DNA of 52,704 bases from positions 1 through 52,704 of IMG/VR virus record IMGVR_UViG_3300046715_000106; one strand, 5' to 3'. Positions 17,178 through 26,181 of the stretch are shown piece after piece. The notes under the pieces were generated by a model, which saw only the letters and a program-made list of their open reading frames with translations, made no database searches and had not been told where the DNA came from. The DNA comes from a virus. Its lineage: Duplodnaviria > Caudoviricetes. Position 1 is the first letter of the stretch; each line of letters begins with the position of its first letter. A program made the position numbers and the translations under genes.

Positions 17178-18980
17178 GTGGACAACGTCCGCCACATGCC
17201 GCGCGACCAGGCGGACCAGGACGGCCTCAACCGCGTAAGCCCCCACGACGCCGAGGCCGAAAACTGGATGGCCGGCGTCATCATGCACAGCCGCACCGCC
17301 TACCTCGAATGCGCCGAAGTCCTCGACCGCGACGACATCTACCAGCCCGCGGTCCGCCTCATCTGGGACGTCGTCGGCGGCATGGTCGCCGAGCAGAAGC
17401 AACTCCACCCCATCACCGTCCGCGCCGACATCGAGAAGCAGAAGCAGCTCCGCCTCGTCGACGAGGGCCGCCTCCTCGACCGCCTCGGCGCCGAGACGAT
17501 CAGCCCGACGATGGCGCAGGCCTTCGCCGAACGCATCGCGGACGTCGCGAAGATCCGCCGCCACGACGAGCACGCCAACCGCGTCAAAGCACAGATCATG
17601 CTCGGCGCCACCGCCGAAGAGCTCGACAAGCTCGACGCCGACCACCGCCAGTACGAAGAGCGCCGCGCCACCACCGGCCACGGCCCCTCACACCTCACCG
17701 CCGCGTTCATTGACTGGAACCCGTTCTTCGCCACCGACTTCGGCCGGGTCCAGCTCCTGCCCGGCCGGCTCCTCGGCCCCGGCCAGCAGATCACCATCGT
17801 CGGCGAGGGCAAGGCCGGTAAGAGCCTGGTTGTCCAAGAGTGGCTGTGGCGCATGGCCACCGGCCAAAGCTTCCTCGGCGACCGCCCTCAGGCCCCCATC
17901 CCCCTGCTGTACGTCGACGCGGAGAACGGCCACCAGGACATTCAGGAACGGTTCGTGTCCTACGGCGGCGGCCCCGGACGGATGGGCCTGCTCACCTACG
18001 CGTCCTTCCCGCCGCTGCGCCCCCTCGACACTGCGGGCGGCGGCGCCGACCTGATGGCCATGGTCAAAGAGTCCGAGGCCCAACTCGTCTGCCTCGACAC
18101 CGTGTCCCGGTTCATCTCCGGCCCGGAGAACGACGCCGACACGTGGCTGTCCCTGTACCGGCACACGCTGCTCCCGCTGAAGCGCGCCGGCATCGCCAGC
18201 GTGCGCTTGGACCACATGGGCAAGGACGGGGAGCGGGGCGCCCGCGGGTCGTCCGCGAAGACCCAGGACGTCGACCACGTGTGGGAGCTGCGGGCGCAGG
18301 GCGGCGGCACGCTCGTGCTGAAGCGCACGCACACGCGTACCGGGATCGGCCCGGATGCCTTCGTCGTGGTGCGGCAGTCGCAGAAGGACGGAGACCGCTA
18401 CCGGCCGGGCTGCACCCGCCACGTCCTCATGGACTACGACCGCATGGAGCAGGCCGCCGAGGGCTCGGTGGAGTGGCTGATCCAGAAGATCGACGACCTC
18501 GGTCTGCCGAACGATGCGGGCAACCCGCGGACGATCGCAGCGCTCGCACACGCACAGATCAAGATCGGCAAAGACAAGATCGCGACGGCCGTCCGGGCAC
18601 GGAAAAACCGGGACAACTTGGGTTCCCCGGAAACCTTCCCCGAGACCTTCCCCGAAGGGGTTCCCCGGGAACCTTCCCCGGGAACCCCCGCGGGAACTGA
18701 AAAACCCCAGGTCAAACATTCCCCGGGAACCCTCCGGGAACCTTCCCCCGACCCGGGTTCCCCCCCTTCCCCCCCTCTACGAGAGGGGAAGGGGGAGGGA
18801 ACGCCCGCCACACAGGTTCCAAGCGGGCCCCCCTGCACCATCTGCGACCGCCCCATGACCACCGACTGGGCAAGCCGCGGCTACGACACCCACATCGGCT
18901 GCGACCCCGCCACCGGCAGCCACCCCGACAGGCCCCAACACCCCACCGCAGACGCCCACACCGAAAGGCACAGCGCATGA
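17178..18980 (+). CDS. Replicative helicase/initiator (DnaB-like N-domain, RepA/AAA_25-type ATPase, C-terminal extension)
   Basis: PHDAEAE DnaB-N motif, Walker A GEGKAGKS, Walker B LVCLD, DHMGK, ARGSSA. Confidence 0.85.
   Translation: MDNVRHMPRDQADQDGLNRVSPHDAEAENWMAGVIMHSRTAYLECAEVLDRDDIYQPAVRLIWDVVGGMVAEQKQLHPITVRADIEKQKQLRLVDEGRLLDRLGAETISPTMAQAFAERIADVAKIRRHDEHANRVKAQIMLGATAEELDKLDADHRQYEERRATTGHGPSHLTAAFIDWNPFFATDFGRVQLLPGRLLGPGQQITIVGEGKAGKSLVVQEWLWRMATGQSFLGDRPQAPIPLLYVDAENGHQDIQERFVSYGGGPGRMGLLTYASFPPLRPLDTAGGGADLMAMVKESEAQLVCLDTVSRFISGPENDADTWLSLYRHTLLPLKRAGIASVRLDHMGKDGERGARGSSAKTQDVDHVWELRAQGGGTLVLKRTHTRTGIGPDAFVVVRQSQKDGDRYRPGCTRHVLMDYDRMEQAAEGSVEWLIQKIDDLGLPNDAGNPRTIAALAHAQIKIGKDKIATAVRARKNRDNLGSPETFPETFPEGVPREPSPGTPAGTEKPQVKHSPGTLREPSPDPGSPPSPPLREGKGEGTPATQVPSGPPCTICDRPMTTDWASRGYDTHIGCDPATGSHPDRPQHPTADAHTERHSA
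18615..18825. repeat. Iteron-like GGGAAC/GTTCCC/CCTTCCCC cluster, candidate origin
   Basis: Dense direct and inverted copies inside the helicase 3' end. Confidence 0.7.
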
Positions 18981-19135
18981 CCCGAGGCATGACCATCCGC
19001 GGCTACACCGGCTTCACCTACTCCATCGACTGGGAATGCGGAGCATGCGGCGCCACCGGAGAGATCGACAACAGCGATGAAAGCGGCGAAGTCATCGAGT
19101 CCATCGACCACCGATGCGAAGCAGACGACGACTGA
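18977..19135 (+). CDS. Small acidic zinc-binding-like protein
   Basis: WECGACG...HRC; ATGA coupling. Confidence 0.55.
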   Translation: MTRGMTIRGYTGFTYSIDWECGACGATGEIDNSDESGEVIESIDHRCEADDD

Positions 19136-19188
19136 GCCCCGCCGTCTGACCGTCCACCACCCCACCCACACGAACGGACAAACCACCC

Positions 19189-19626
19189 ATGACCGCCCGA
19201 CAGATCGCCCTCGACACCCAACCCCGCCGCATCCAACGCCGCCGCACCAAAGGCTGGCGCGCACCCGCCGGAGCCATCTACGTCGGCCGCGGCACCCGAT
19301 GGGGCAACCCCTGCACCCAAGTCCGCTACCCGGCCCTCGACGGCACCGAGTGGGAGCGAGAGGGACGCCTCGGCAAGACCTCCGGACAACGACACGCGTT
19401 CGTCCACCCCGACAAAACCGTCACCTGGCACCTCGTCCAGGACGCCACCCCCGAGCAGGCAGTCGAGATGTTCCGCCGCTGGCTCACCGAGGCGCCTTCG
19501 CTGACTGCCGCTGTCCGTGAGCACCTCTCGGGCCGCGACCTCATGTGCTGGTGCCCCACCGACGAGCCCTGCCACGCCGACATCCTCCTCGAACTCGCCA
19601 ACACGCCGGCCCCCGCGTCTTGCTGA
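19189..19626 (+). CDS. DUF4326 family protein
   Basis: YVGRGTRWGNP...LSGRDLMCWC...CHADIL. Confidence 0.85.
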   Translation: MTARQIALDTQPRRIQRRRTKGWRAPAGAIYVGRGTRWGNPCTQVRYPALDGTEWEREGRLGKTSGQRHAFVHPDKTVTWHLVQDATPEQAVEMFRRWLTEAPSLTAAVREHLSGRDLMCWCPTDEPCHADILLELANTPAPASC

Positions 19627-19705
19627 CGTTCCCGTCACCAACTGAACCCACCACAACCCAACACAACTGACCAGCCAGTCAGTGGCAACCAGACAGGATC
19701 ACACC

Positions 19706-20179
19706 ATGCCCGACCAGCCCACACCCCTCACCGAGCAGCAGCTCACCGACATCGAGACCCGCGCCGCCCACCTCTACGAGTACGTGACCATGCCGACCGA
19801 CGAGGCCGACCAGATGGCGGGTGTGGACGTGCCCGCCCTGCTCGCCGAAGTCCGCCAGCTGCGCGCCCGCACGCTCACCGAGAGCGAGTACGACTCCGCC
19901 TGGCACGCCGTCGAAGGCGCCGCAGGAGAGGAAGGAGCGGACCCCGGCACGGTCCTGCATGCCGTTCTCGACAGGCTCGGGATCACCGTCCCCGGCGCCG
20001 TAGAGCAGCCGGCCGTCGATGCGTCCGAGGCGTGCGGCAAGTGCCGGCAGCCCTTCGACCCGGCCGACACCCGCTTCGACGGACAGGCCCGCCACTACCT
20101 CACCCCGTACTGCCGCGGGTGTGTCGACCGCTGCCACGACAACGAGATCGCCGACCACCGATGCGTCATCTGCGCCTGA
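19706..20179 (+). CDS. Hypothetical protein with Cys-rich C-terminal domain
   Basis: DVPALLAEVRQLR, CGKC, CRGCVDRCH...HRCVIC. Confidence 0.7.
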   Translation: MPDQPTPLTEQQLTDIETRAAHLYEYVTMPTDEADQMAGVDVPALLAEVRQLRARTLTESEYDSAWHAVEGAAGEEGADPGTVLHAVLDRLGITVPGAVEQPAVDASEACGKCRQPFDPADTRFDGQARHYLTPYCRGCVDRCHDNEIADHRCVICA

Positions 20180-20256
20180 CCACAGCAGGACGGCGGCCCC
20201 GCTCGAACCGGGGCCGCCGCCCGCCCATCCTCTCGCACGATCAAGGAGCAGCAGCA

Positions 20257-20814
20257 ATGACCGACACCACCGACCCGCAGCCCCTCTGCCGCACCTGCAT
20301 GACCCAGATCGGCTACATCGGCGCCCCCACCGGCGGCTGGTGGGCCCACGAGACGCATCCCACTGACGAGCACGACGCTGTACCCGGCGGATGGGTGGAC
20401 GGCGACGAGCTGATGGAGGCGATCGCCGCCGCGGTGTGGGAGCACTGCTCGATCGAGGGCACCGCGAGCCTCGTCGTCGACGACCCGCGGAACATCGCGG
20501 GCACGGCTGCCGCGGTCGCTCGCCGACTGCTCGCCGCGCCTGTCGCCGTGCCGTCTGCGCCCGCCGACCGGGCCGCGATCTACCGCGAGGTCGCCGACCG
20601 CCTCGCCGCCGACGCTGAGCAGGGCGCCAAGGAAGGCTTCACCCGGATCTACCGCAGGTCCGCCGCGCGGCAGGTCCGCGAGTGGGCCGGCGAGGCGCAG
20701 CAGCCCGAGACGGGGGCGTTTGTCTGCAAGTGCCCCGCCGAGCTCTGCCACTGCGGCCACCACGCCACCGTGTCCCAGCCCGCCGTCGGGGCGCAGCAGC
20801 CGAAGGAGGCCTGA
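20257..20814 (+). CDS. Mosaic hypothetical protein
   Basis: RBS AAGGAG. Confidence 0.65.
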   Translation: MTDTTDPQPLCRTCMTQIGYIGAPTGGWWAHETHPTDEHDAVPGGWVDGDELMEAIAAAVWEHCSIEGTASLVVDDPRNIAGTAAAVARRLLAAPVAVPSAPADRAAIYREVADRLAADAEQGAKEGFTRIYRRSAARQVREWAGEAQQPETGAFVCKCPAELCHCGHHATVSQPAVGAQQPKEA

Positions 20815-20816
20815 CC

Positions 20817-21008
20817 ATGGCCCGCCAGCTGAACGCGTGCGGGTTCTCCATCGAGACCATCGCCGCCGAATACGAGACCGACGCTGCCCTCGCCGAGGCC
20901 GGACAGGACATGGACGACCCGTACTTCCTCGCCGCGTTCGCCGCCGAGGACGCGCACCGGATCCTGGACCGCGCCACCGCGTCCCAGCCCGCCGAGGAGC
21001 CGTCGTGA
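20817..21008 (+). CDS. Small acidic hypothetical protein
   Basis: RBS GGAGG. Confidence 0.6.
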   Translation: MARQLNACGFSIETIAAEYETDAALAEAGQDMDDPYFLAAFAAEDAHRILDRATASQPAEEPS

Positions 21009-21313
21009 TCGCTGAGGCCATCGACACCGCGTACACCATCGGCTGGGCCATCGTCGCCTGGATCATCCTCACCGCCGCCGCGGGCACGCTCGCCCTGTAC
21101 ACGCTGGCCGTGACCGCATGGACCGTGTGCCGGCTCATCTGGCGGGCGGGGCACGCAGCCTGGCGTGCCATCAGGCGGCGCCACACGCCCGCCTCCCCGC
21201 CGCACACCGTCCCATGCGACTCCAGCGACGCCAACACACCCCAGAAGGCCACACAGGCCCGCTCAGTCCCCTCGTGGGCGCGCGAACCACACGACCACCA
21301 GGAGGCAGCGTGA
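21005..21313 (+). CDS. Membrane protein
   Basis: Long hydrophobic N-terminal half; coupled. Confidence 0.6.
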   Translation: MIAEAIDTAYTIGWAIVAWIILTAAAGTLALYTLAVTAWTVCRLIWRAGHAAWRAIRRRHTPASPPHTVPCDSSDANTPQKATQARSVPSWAREPHDHQEAA

Positions 21314-21702
21314 CCATCGCAATCGACTTCGACGGCGTCATCCACACCTACAGCAAGGGCTGGGCCGACGGCACCATCTACGACAAGCCGCTCCCCGACG
21401 CCCTATTCGCCCTCGAACTCCTCATGCGGCAGGACGCCGTGTTCATCCACACCACCCGCAACCCGCGCCAAGTCGCCCGCTGGATCGAACGCAAGTCCTG
21501 GCACGACATCGACTGCACCACCCACCTGCCCCGCACCTGGTACGGGCGCCGCAAACCGTTCTGGAACACGCGCGGCCTACTCCTCGTCACCGACCGGAAG
21601 TTGGCCGCCGCGGTGTACGTCGACGACCGGGCGCTCCGCTTCGAGAGCTGGGATCAGACGCTCGCCGTGCTGGCGCCCGACGTCCCCGGGCCCACCTTGT
21701 GA
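21310..21702 (+). CDS. HAD-superfamily phosphatase-like protein
   Basis: IAIDFDGVI motif I, HTTR, K...YVDDR motifs. Confidence 0.8.
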   Translation: MTIAIDFDGVIHTYSKGWADGTIYDKPLPDALFALELLMRQDAVFIHTTRNPRQVARWIERKSWHDIDCTTHLPRTWYGRRKPFWNTRGLLLVTDRKLAAAVYVDDRALRFESWDQTLAVLAPDVPGPTL

Positions 21703-21842
21703 GCCGCGTCGACTGGGGCTGGGTCCTCGGCGTCACCGTCATCTGCTGGCCCTTCGCGTTCTGCGCCCTCCTCGGCATCCGCCGGGGCGGGCGCGCCCTC
21801 ACCCGCTACGCACGCACCCACCTCCGACGGGGGACCCGATGA
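21699..21842 (+). CDS. Small membrane protein
   Basis: Single TM; coupled. Confidence 0.5.
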   Translation: MSRVDWGWVLGVTVICWPFAFCALLGIRRGGRALTRYARTHLRRGTR

Positions 21843-22201
21843 CCACAGCTCAGCTCACCCTCGACATACCGGCCACACCGCCCCCACCTGGTGCTGCCCT
21901 GCGCGTCGACGAGATAGGCGTCGCCCTGCATGCCCCCCGCGAGACCCGGGCGACGTGGGAGCTGTACCGGCTGCGCCACGCCACCCGGTTGACGACCGTC
22001 GCCGTGCGCATGCCCGGCGACCTGATCGACATCGCCTGCGACGACCGGGCCCACGCGCAGTGGCTGGCCGACTGGCTGCACTCCCTCGGCGTCCCGAAGG
22101 TCTCGCTCAAGGTCCACGGCGGCGCAGCGATGACCCGCCGCGACCCCGAACCCGACGACGACGACAACGGGCCATGGTGCCCGGCAAGGGGGCAGCGATG
22201 A
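21839..22201 (+). CDS. Hypothetical protein
   Basis: Coupled ORF. Confidence 0.6.
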   Translation: MTTAQLTLDIPATPPPPGAALRVDEIGVALHAPRETRATWELYRLRHATRLTTVAVRMPGDLIDIACDDRAHAQWLADWLHSLGVPKVSLKVHGGAAMTRRDPEPDDDDNGPWCPARGQR

Positions 22202-22401
22202 TCGCCGCGCTCGTCGCCACCCTCACCCTCGCCGCCGGCTGGACCATCGGCTACCGCATCCGCCCCCACACCCCGCCCGCGCCCGGCTGCCCCTGCGCCG
22301 ACGAGGCCGCGATCGCCGCCGACACCGCGTTCATAGCCGAGCAGCGCGCCCGCTTCGACGAGATCGTCGCCGGGTTCAACGACAAGGACCAAGCCGCATG
22401 A
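22198..22401 (+). CDS. Small membrane-anchored protein
   Basis: N-terminal hydrophobic segment; coupled. Confidence 0.55.
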   Translation: MIAALVATLTLAAGWTIGYRIRPHTPPAPGCPCADEAAIAADTAFIAEQRARFDEIVAGFNDKDQAA

Positions 22402-22769
22402 ACGACCGCCCCATGATCGGCGTCGGCATGCCCGCCGCCCTCCACCTCGAAGCCTTCGGCCGCGAGATCAACGACGCCTTCGGCCACCTGCCCTACCTCG
22501 TCGGCACGGCCGCCGTCGGCAAGCAGTGGCGGGACGTCGACGTCCGCCTGATCCTGACCGACGACGAGTTCGACGCACTGTTCCCGCAGCCCACCGGACC
22601 CGGCCAGCCCGACGGGCGGTGGGGCCTGCTGTGCGCAGCGATCTCCGAGCTGGCCCGCGTCCGCACCGGGCTGCCCGTCGACTTCCAGATCCAGCGGCAG
22701 AGCTACGCCAACGACCGCTTCCCCGGGGTGCGGCAGGCCCTCGGCCTCCACGACAGGAACGGCCAATGA
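22398..22769 (+). CDS. Minimal nucleotidyltransferase (Pol beta-like) protein
   Basis: YLVGT...RDVDVRL and distal PVDF. Confidence 0.65.
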   Translation: MNDRPMIGVGMPAALHLEAFGREINDAFGHLPYLVGTAAVGKQWRDVDVRLILTDDEFDALFPQPTGPGQPDGRWGLLCAAISELARVRTGLPVDFQIQRQSYANDRFPGVRQALGLHDRNGQ

Positions 22770-23161
22770 CCGACCGCCACACCGCCGACACGATCAACAG
22801 CGACGCCCTCGACCAGCTGTACGAGCGGCTCGACCGAGCACGGGCCGCCGCCGCTCTCCACCGGCAGGGGCTGCTCACCACGGCTGAGCTGTACGCCGTG
22901 ATCGAGGCCGCTCACGAGTCCGGCCCGGCAGCGACCCAAGCGACCGACAGCGAGCAGCCGCTGTTCCTGCCCCGCGCCGAGGTCACCACACTCCACCGCA
23001 CCCTCGGCCAACTCCTCGGCGACGAAGACGCACAAGCCATCGCCCGCGTCCGCGCCCTGCACCACGAGGAGTACGGGTCGTGCGCCGAGTGCACCCACGA
23101 GTTCAGCGTGCCGTTCCCATGCCCGACGGTCCGCGCGATCGACGGAGAGGAGCAGCCGTGA
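22766..23161 (+). CDS. Hypothetical protein with zinc motif
   Basis: ALDQLY, H...CAEC...PCPT. Confidence 0.65.
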   Translation: MTDRHTADTINSDALDQLYERLDRARAAAALHRQGLLTTAELYAVIEAAHESGPAATQATDSEQPLFLPRAEVTTLHRTLGQLLGDEDAQAIARVRALHHEEYGSCAECTHEFSVPFPCPTVRAIDGEEQP

Positions 23162-23352
23162 CCACCTGCCGCGACTGCCGCCACCCCTACCACCCCGGCA
23201 CCAGCTGCCAACTCGCCGCCGAACGCCGCGAACTATGGGAAGCCTTCGACGCCTACGCCGGACAGAGCCTCAACTTCCTCGCGTCCCTCGCCGGGCGCAC
23301 CCCGATGTCCGAGGTGCCGCCCGCGCTGCGCGGCCCCAACTGGAAGGCGTAG
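23158..23352 (+). CDS. Small hypothetical protein
   Basis: CRDCRH..H...C; coupled. Confidence 0.55.
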   Translation: MTTCRDCRHPYHPGTSCQLAAERRELWEAFDAYAGQSLNFLASLAGRTPMSEVPPALRGPNWKA

Positions 23353-23462
23353 CCCGGACACGAACGCGGCCCGCCGCTGGTGGAGAGAACGACGGGCCGC
23401 GCGCCTCCAAGGGCATCCCTCGCGGGGTGCAGCCGACGGTACGCCCGCACCAGGCAGGCATG

Positions 23463-23500
23463 GAAGAGCCCCGACCGAGAGGTGGTCGGGGCTTCTTCGT
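23463..23500. terminator. Terminator between convergent operons
   Basis: AGCCCCGACC / GGTCGGGGCT followed by TCTTCGT. Confidence 0.7.
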
Positions 23501-23530
23501 GTGCGGGGTGTCATCCCCAAGCGGTGTCGC

Positions 23531-23914
23531 TCATGATGCCCACTCCTCCCGGTATCCAGGACGGTCAGCGTACGCCGACGCGAGCAGGCGCACCGCGGTG
23601 ATGCCGCTCGGGTTGGTCTCCAGGCACAGGCCTGCGGCGATCTCGTCGGCGTCGTGGCAGCATCCCCACTCGCCGTCGATCTTCGCCTCGTAGATGAACA
23701 CCTCGTCGAGCATCTTCCGCTTGGCGTCGATCTCGCGCAGCACCCGAGCCGGATCATGACGGGCCATGTGGGCGAGGACTTCCACGCCGAGGTGCGGGCC
23801 GTAGATGGCGATGTCGCGCTCGGCCCACTTGCCGTCGCCCGAGCAGGCGCGCGCTACCCGCTCGTCCTCGTCGAGTTGGGCCGTCAGCCACTGCACAAGA
23901 TCCACGCCGCTCAC
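23531..23914 (-). CDS. DUF6221-like protein
   Basis: LVQWLTAQLDEDE...HDPARVLREIDAKR...LLASAYADRPGYREEW. Confidence 0.75.
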   Translation of the reverse strand: MSGVDLVQWLTAQLDEDERVARACSGDGKWAERDIAIYGPHLGVEVLAHMARHDPARVLREIDAKRKMLDEVFIYEAKIDGEWGCCHDADEIAAGLCLETNPSGITAVRLLASAYADRPGYREEWAS

Positions 23915-24123
23915 TCCTCAGCACCATCCGACTCAGGCGCCTCCCACACGTTCCGGGCAGGACGCTCGGGCATCCGCGCACCCGGCGTACGCAGGTACCA
24001 AGCGATGAACTCCCTGATCACCGTGGCCCGATCAGTGCCCAACGCCTTCGCCGCTGCGTCGAAGTCGTACCACTCATCGCCGATACGGATCTGGCGAGCA
24101 GGGGTCTTCGGCGCGTTTGGCAT
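23911..24123 (-). CDS. Ribbon-helix-helix repressor, probably leaderless
   Basis: TPARQIRIGDEWYDFDAAAKALGTDRATVIREFIAWY; TACGGT -10 box 6 nt upstream. Confidence 0.75.
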   Translation of the reverse strand: MPNAPKTPARQIRIGDEWYDFDAAAKALGTDRATVIREFIAWYLRTPGARMPERPARNVWEAPESDGAEE

Positions 24124-24140
24124 GCGCAAACCGTATCCGG

Positions 24141-24289
24141 GCGTAGCTACACGCGGCAATGGAAGCTCCTCTCATCGGTAGCTACACGCGTCTCGGATCG
24201 AACGGCTTGCGGTGTAGCTACACCTCACTCTAAGGTGTAGCTACACCTCCAATCAAGGCGGTGCAATCCAACGGGGTGTAGCTACACCC
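24141..24289. promoter_or_regulatory. Divergent promoter with five GTAGCTACAC operators
   Basis: Copies at 24143, 24178, 24214, 24237, 24278; TTGCGG-N18-TAAGGT at 24207-24236. Confidence 0.85.
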
Positions 24290-24301
24290 GAGGGGGAGCA
24301 A

Positions 24302-24451
24302 GTGACCGCAGAACCCGAGCCGGACCTCACGCCGCAGCCGAACCAGATCCTCGCCGCACCCGCCACCGTGCAGGCCTGCCAGCAGGACTACGCGGCCGGC
24401 GCCGACGTCCGCCAGACCATGGCCGACCAGGAAGCGAGGGCGCAGCGCTGA
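24302..24451 (+). CDS. Small hypothetical protein
   Basis: RBS GGGAG; TGATG coupling. Confidence 0.55.
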   Translation: MTAEPEPDLTPQPNQILAAPATVQACQQDYAAGADVRQTMADQEARAQR

Positions 24452-24648
24452 TGAGCTTCCTCGGACGGATCTTCGGCGGCGGCAACGACCGCGAGCTCGC
24501 CGAAACGAAGTACGCCGGGCGTGAGTCCGCCACCGCCAGCGCCGCCCGCGGCCGCCGCCAAGGCCACAAGCGCAGCGGCGCCACCAAGGCCGCCCGCGCC
24601 GGCCAGTCCTGGGAGGACAAGTACTTCCACGACCACGGCGGCTACTGA
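24451..24648 (+). CDS. Small basic protein with N-terminal amphipathic helix
   Basis: MSFLGRIFGGG. Confidence 0.65.
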   Translation: MSFLGRIFGGGNDRELAETKYAGRESATASAARGRRQGHKRSGATKAARAGQSWEDKYFHDHGGY

Positions 24649-24724
24649 CCACCACCAACCACCGGGCCCGTGCTGTCCACCCCCCAGCACGGGCCCGGCC
24701 CCTTCTTCCGAGAGGCACCACCCC

Positions 24725-25066
24725 ATGAAGATCCGCCGTATCACCGTCGCCCTGCTCGCCGCCGCCGCGTTCGCGCTCACCGCCTGCGGCCACAGCAGCC
24801 CGCCCGCCAGCACCAGCAGCGCCACCACCACCGTCGCGCCCGAGCCCACGCCGACACCCGAGCTCACCCCCGACGACATGACCGACGCCATCGTCGACAT
24901 CACCTGGGGCCAGACCAGCGAGGCCGACAAGGACGACCTGTGCGCAGGCATCGCGCTCCTCGGCACCGACTGGGCTGCCGAGCAGCTGGCCATCGGAGGC
25001 GGCGACGACAGCCTCGACTGGGACCGGGCCGCCGTCCTCTACGAAGCGAAGTGCAACGCGCGCTGA
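24725..25066 (+). CDS. Lipoprotein
   Basis: Signal peptide with LTAC lipobox. Confidence 0.8.
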   Translation: MKIRRITVALLAAAAFALTACGHSSPPASTSSATTTVAPEPTPTPELTPDDMTDAIVDITWGQTSEADKDDLCAGIALLGTDWAAEQLAIGGGDDSLDWDRAAVLYEAKCNAR

Positions 25067-25110
25067 CCCGCCATCCGTTCGCCACCCTCGCCGCCACCCA
25101 GGAGCTCTTC

Positions 25111-25578
25111 ATGACCACGCCGCCCGCCGTACTCGAACAGCGCCGCGCCACCGTGCGCCAACTGCACGCGGCCGGCCACTCCAACCGCGCCATCGCGCGC
25201 CAGCTCGGCGTCAGCAAGGACGCCGTGGCGCGCGACCTGCGAGCCACCGAGCCACCCCCCGGTGAGCCGCAGGCCGCGCCGGACGCGCCACCCGCCGAGA
25301 CGGCTGTGCACGCCACCAGCGAGCCGGACCGAGCCACGCCCGCGCCGCCCATCCCGACCAGCGGCAACCCAGTGAAACCGTGGCTCGTCCACGACATGGA
25401 CCCGCGGCTCGTCCAGGACCTCAACATCCTCATCGACCCGCGCACCGGCCGCCTGCCCGCGCCACTGGAGCGCGCCATCAGCATCGCCGCCGCGGCCCGG
25501 CGCGCCGCCTGGCGCGGCAGCGAGTCGAGCCAGGCGCGCGACGACCGCGCCACCGCGAGCCAGGGCGGCGCGCGATGA
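25111..25578 (+). CDS. HTH DNA-binding protein with Pro/Ala linker
   Basis: GHSNRAIARQLGVSKDAVARDL. Confidence 0.78.
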   Translation: MTTPPAVLEQRRATVRQLHAAGHSNRAIARQLGVSKDAVARDLRATEPPPGEPQAAPDAPPAETAVHATSEPDRATPAPPIPTSGNPVKPWLVHDMDPRLVQDLNILIDPRTGRLPAPLERAISIAAAARRAAWRGSESSQARDDRATASQGGAR

Positions 25579-26168
25579 GCGACCAGAAGCCGGGCGCAGA
25601 CGAGCTCCGGATGCGCGGCATCCTCCGCAGGCGCGGTGTCGGGTATGACGCCGGACCCCCTGCTGTCCCACCGGCCCTGCCCGACGGGTACGAGCCCGCG
25701 CAGGCCGACGCCGACTGGTGGGACGACCTCTACGACGAGGACGACCCCGGGCCCGCAGAAGGGGAGGAGCCCGCGGCGACGGACGCTGCCCCGTCCGGGC
25801 CCGGCTGGTGGCAGACGCAGCCCAACTACTACCCGCGCCCCCACATGCCGGCCGCCCTCACCCGCACCCGCGACCGCGCCGACGCCGCGCTCAGCCCCCG
25901 CACCCGCAAGCTCCTGTACAACGCGTCCGCGGCCGGGGCCGGTTGGGTCCTCGGCCTCTACGACCAGCTCGCCCACGCGATCGCGGACTGCGGCCAGCAG
26001 TACAGCATCAGCGGCGCCCTCACCCTCGGCATTGGCGCCTGCCTCCTCATCGCCCACGTGTGGGACCGGCGCACCCGCCACTGGTGGCCCGGCATCGCCT
26101 GGGTCGCCCGCATCCCGCTTGCCACCGCCCTCACTGCGCTCGCCCTGTGGGCGCCCGCGTCAGCCTGA
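25575..26168 (+). CDS. Membrane protein with acidic N-terminus
   Basis: About three C-terminal hydrophobic helices; coupled. Confidence 0.75.
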   Translation: MSDQKPGADELRMRGILRRRGVGYDAGPPAVPPALPDGYEPAQADADWWDDLYDEDDPGPAEGEEPAATDAAPSGPGWWQTQPNYYPRPHMPAALTRTRDRADAALSPRTRKLLYNASAAGAGWVLGLYDQLAHAIADCGQQYSISGALTLGIGACLLIAHVWDRRTRHWWPGIAWVARIPLATALTALALWAPASA

Positions 26169-26181
26169 ACAGGGGAAAACT

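Noticed and set aside
24141-24289. Possible mini-CRISPR array
   Set aside because: Repeats are only 10-16 bp with irregular periods (35, 36, 23, 41) and overlap promoter boxes; no cas operon. Operator array fits better.
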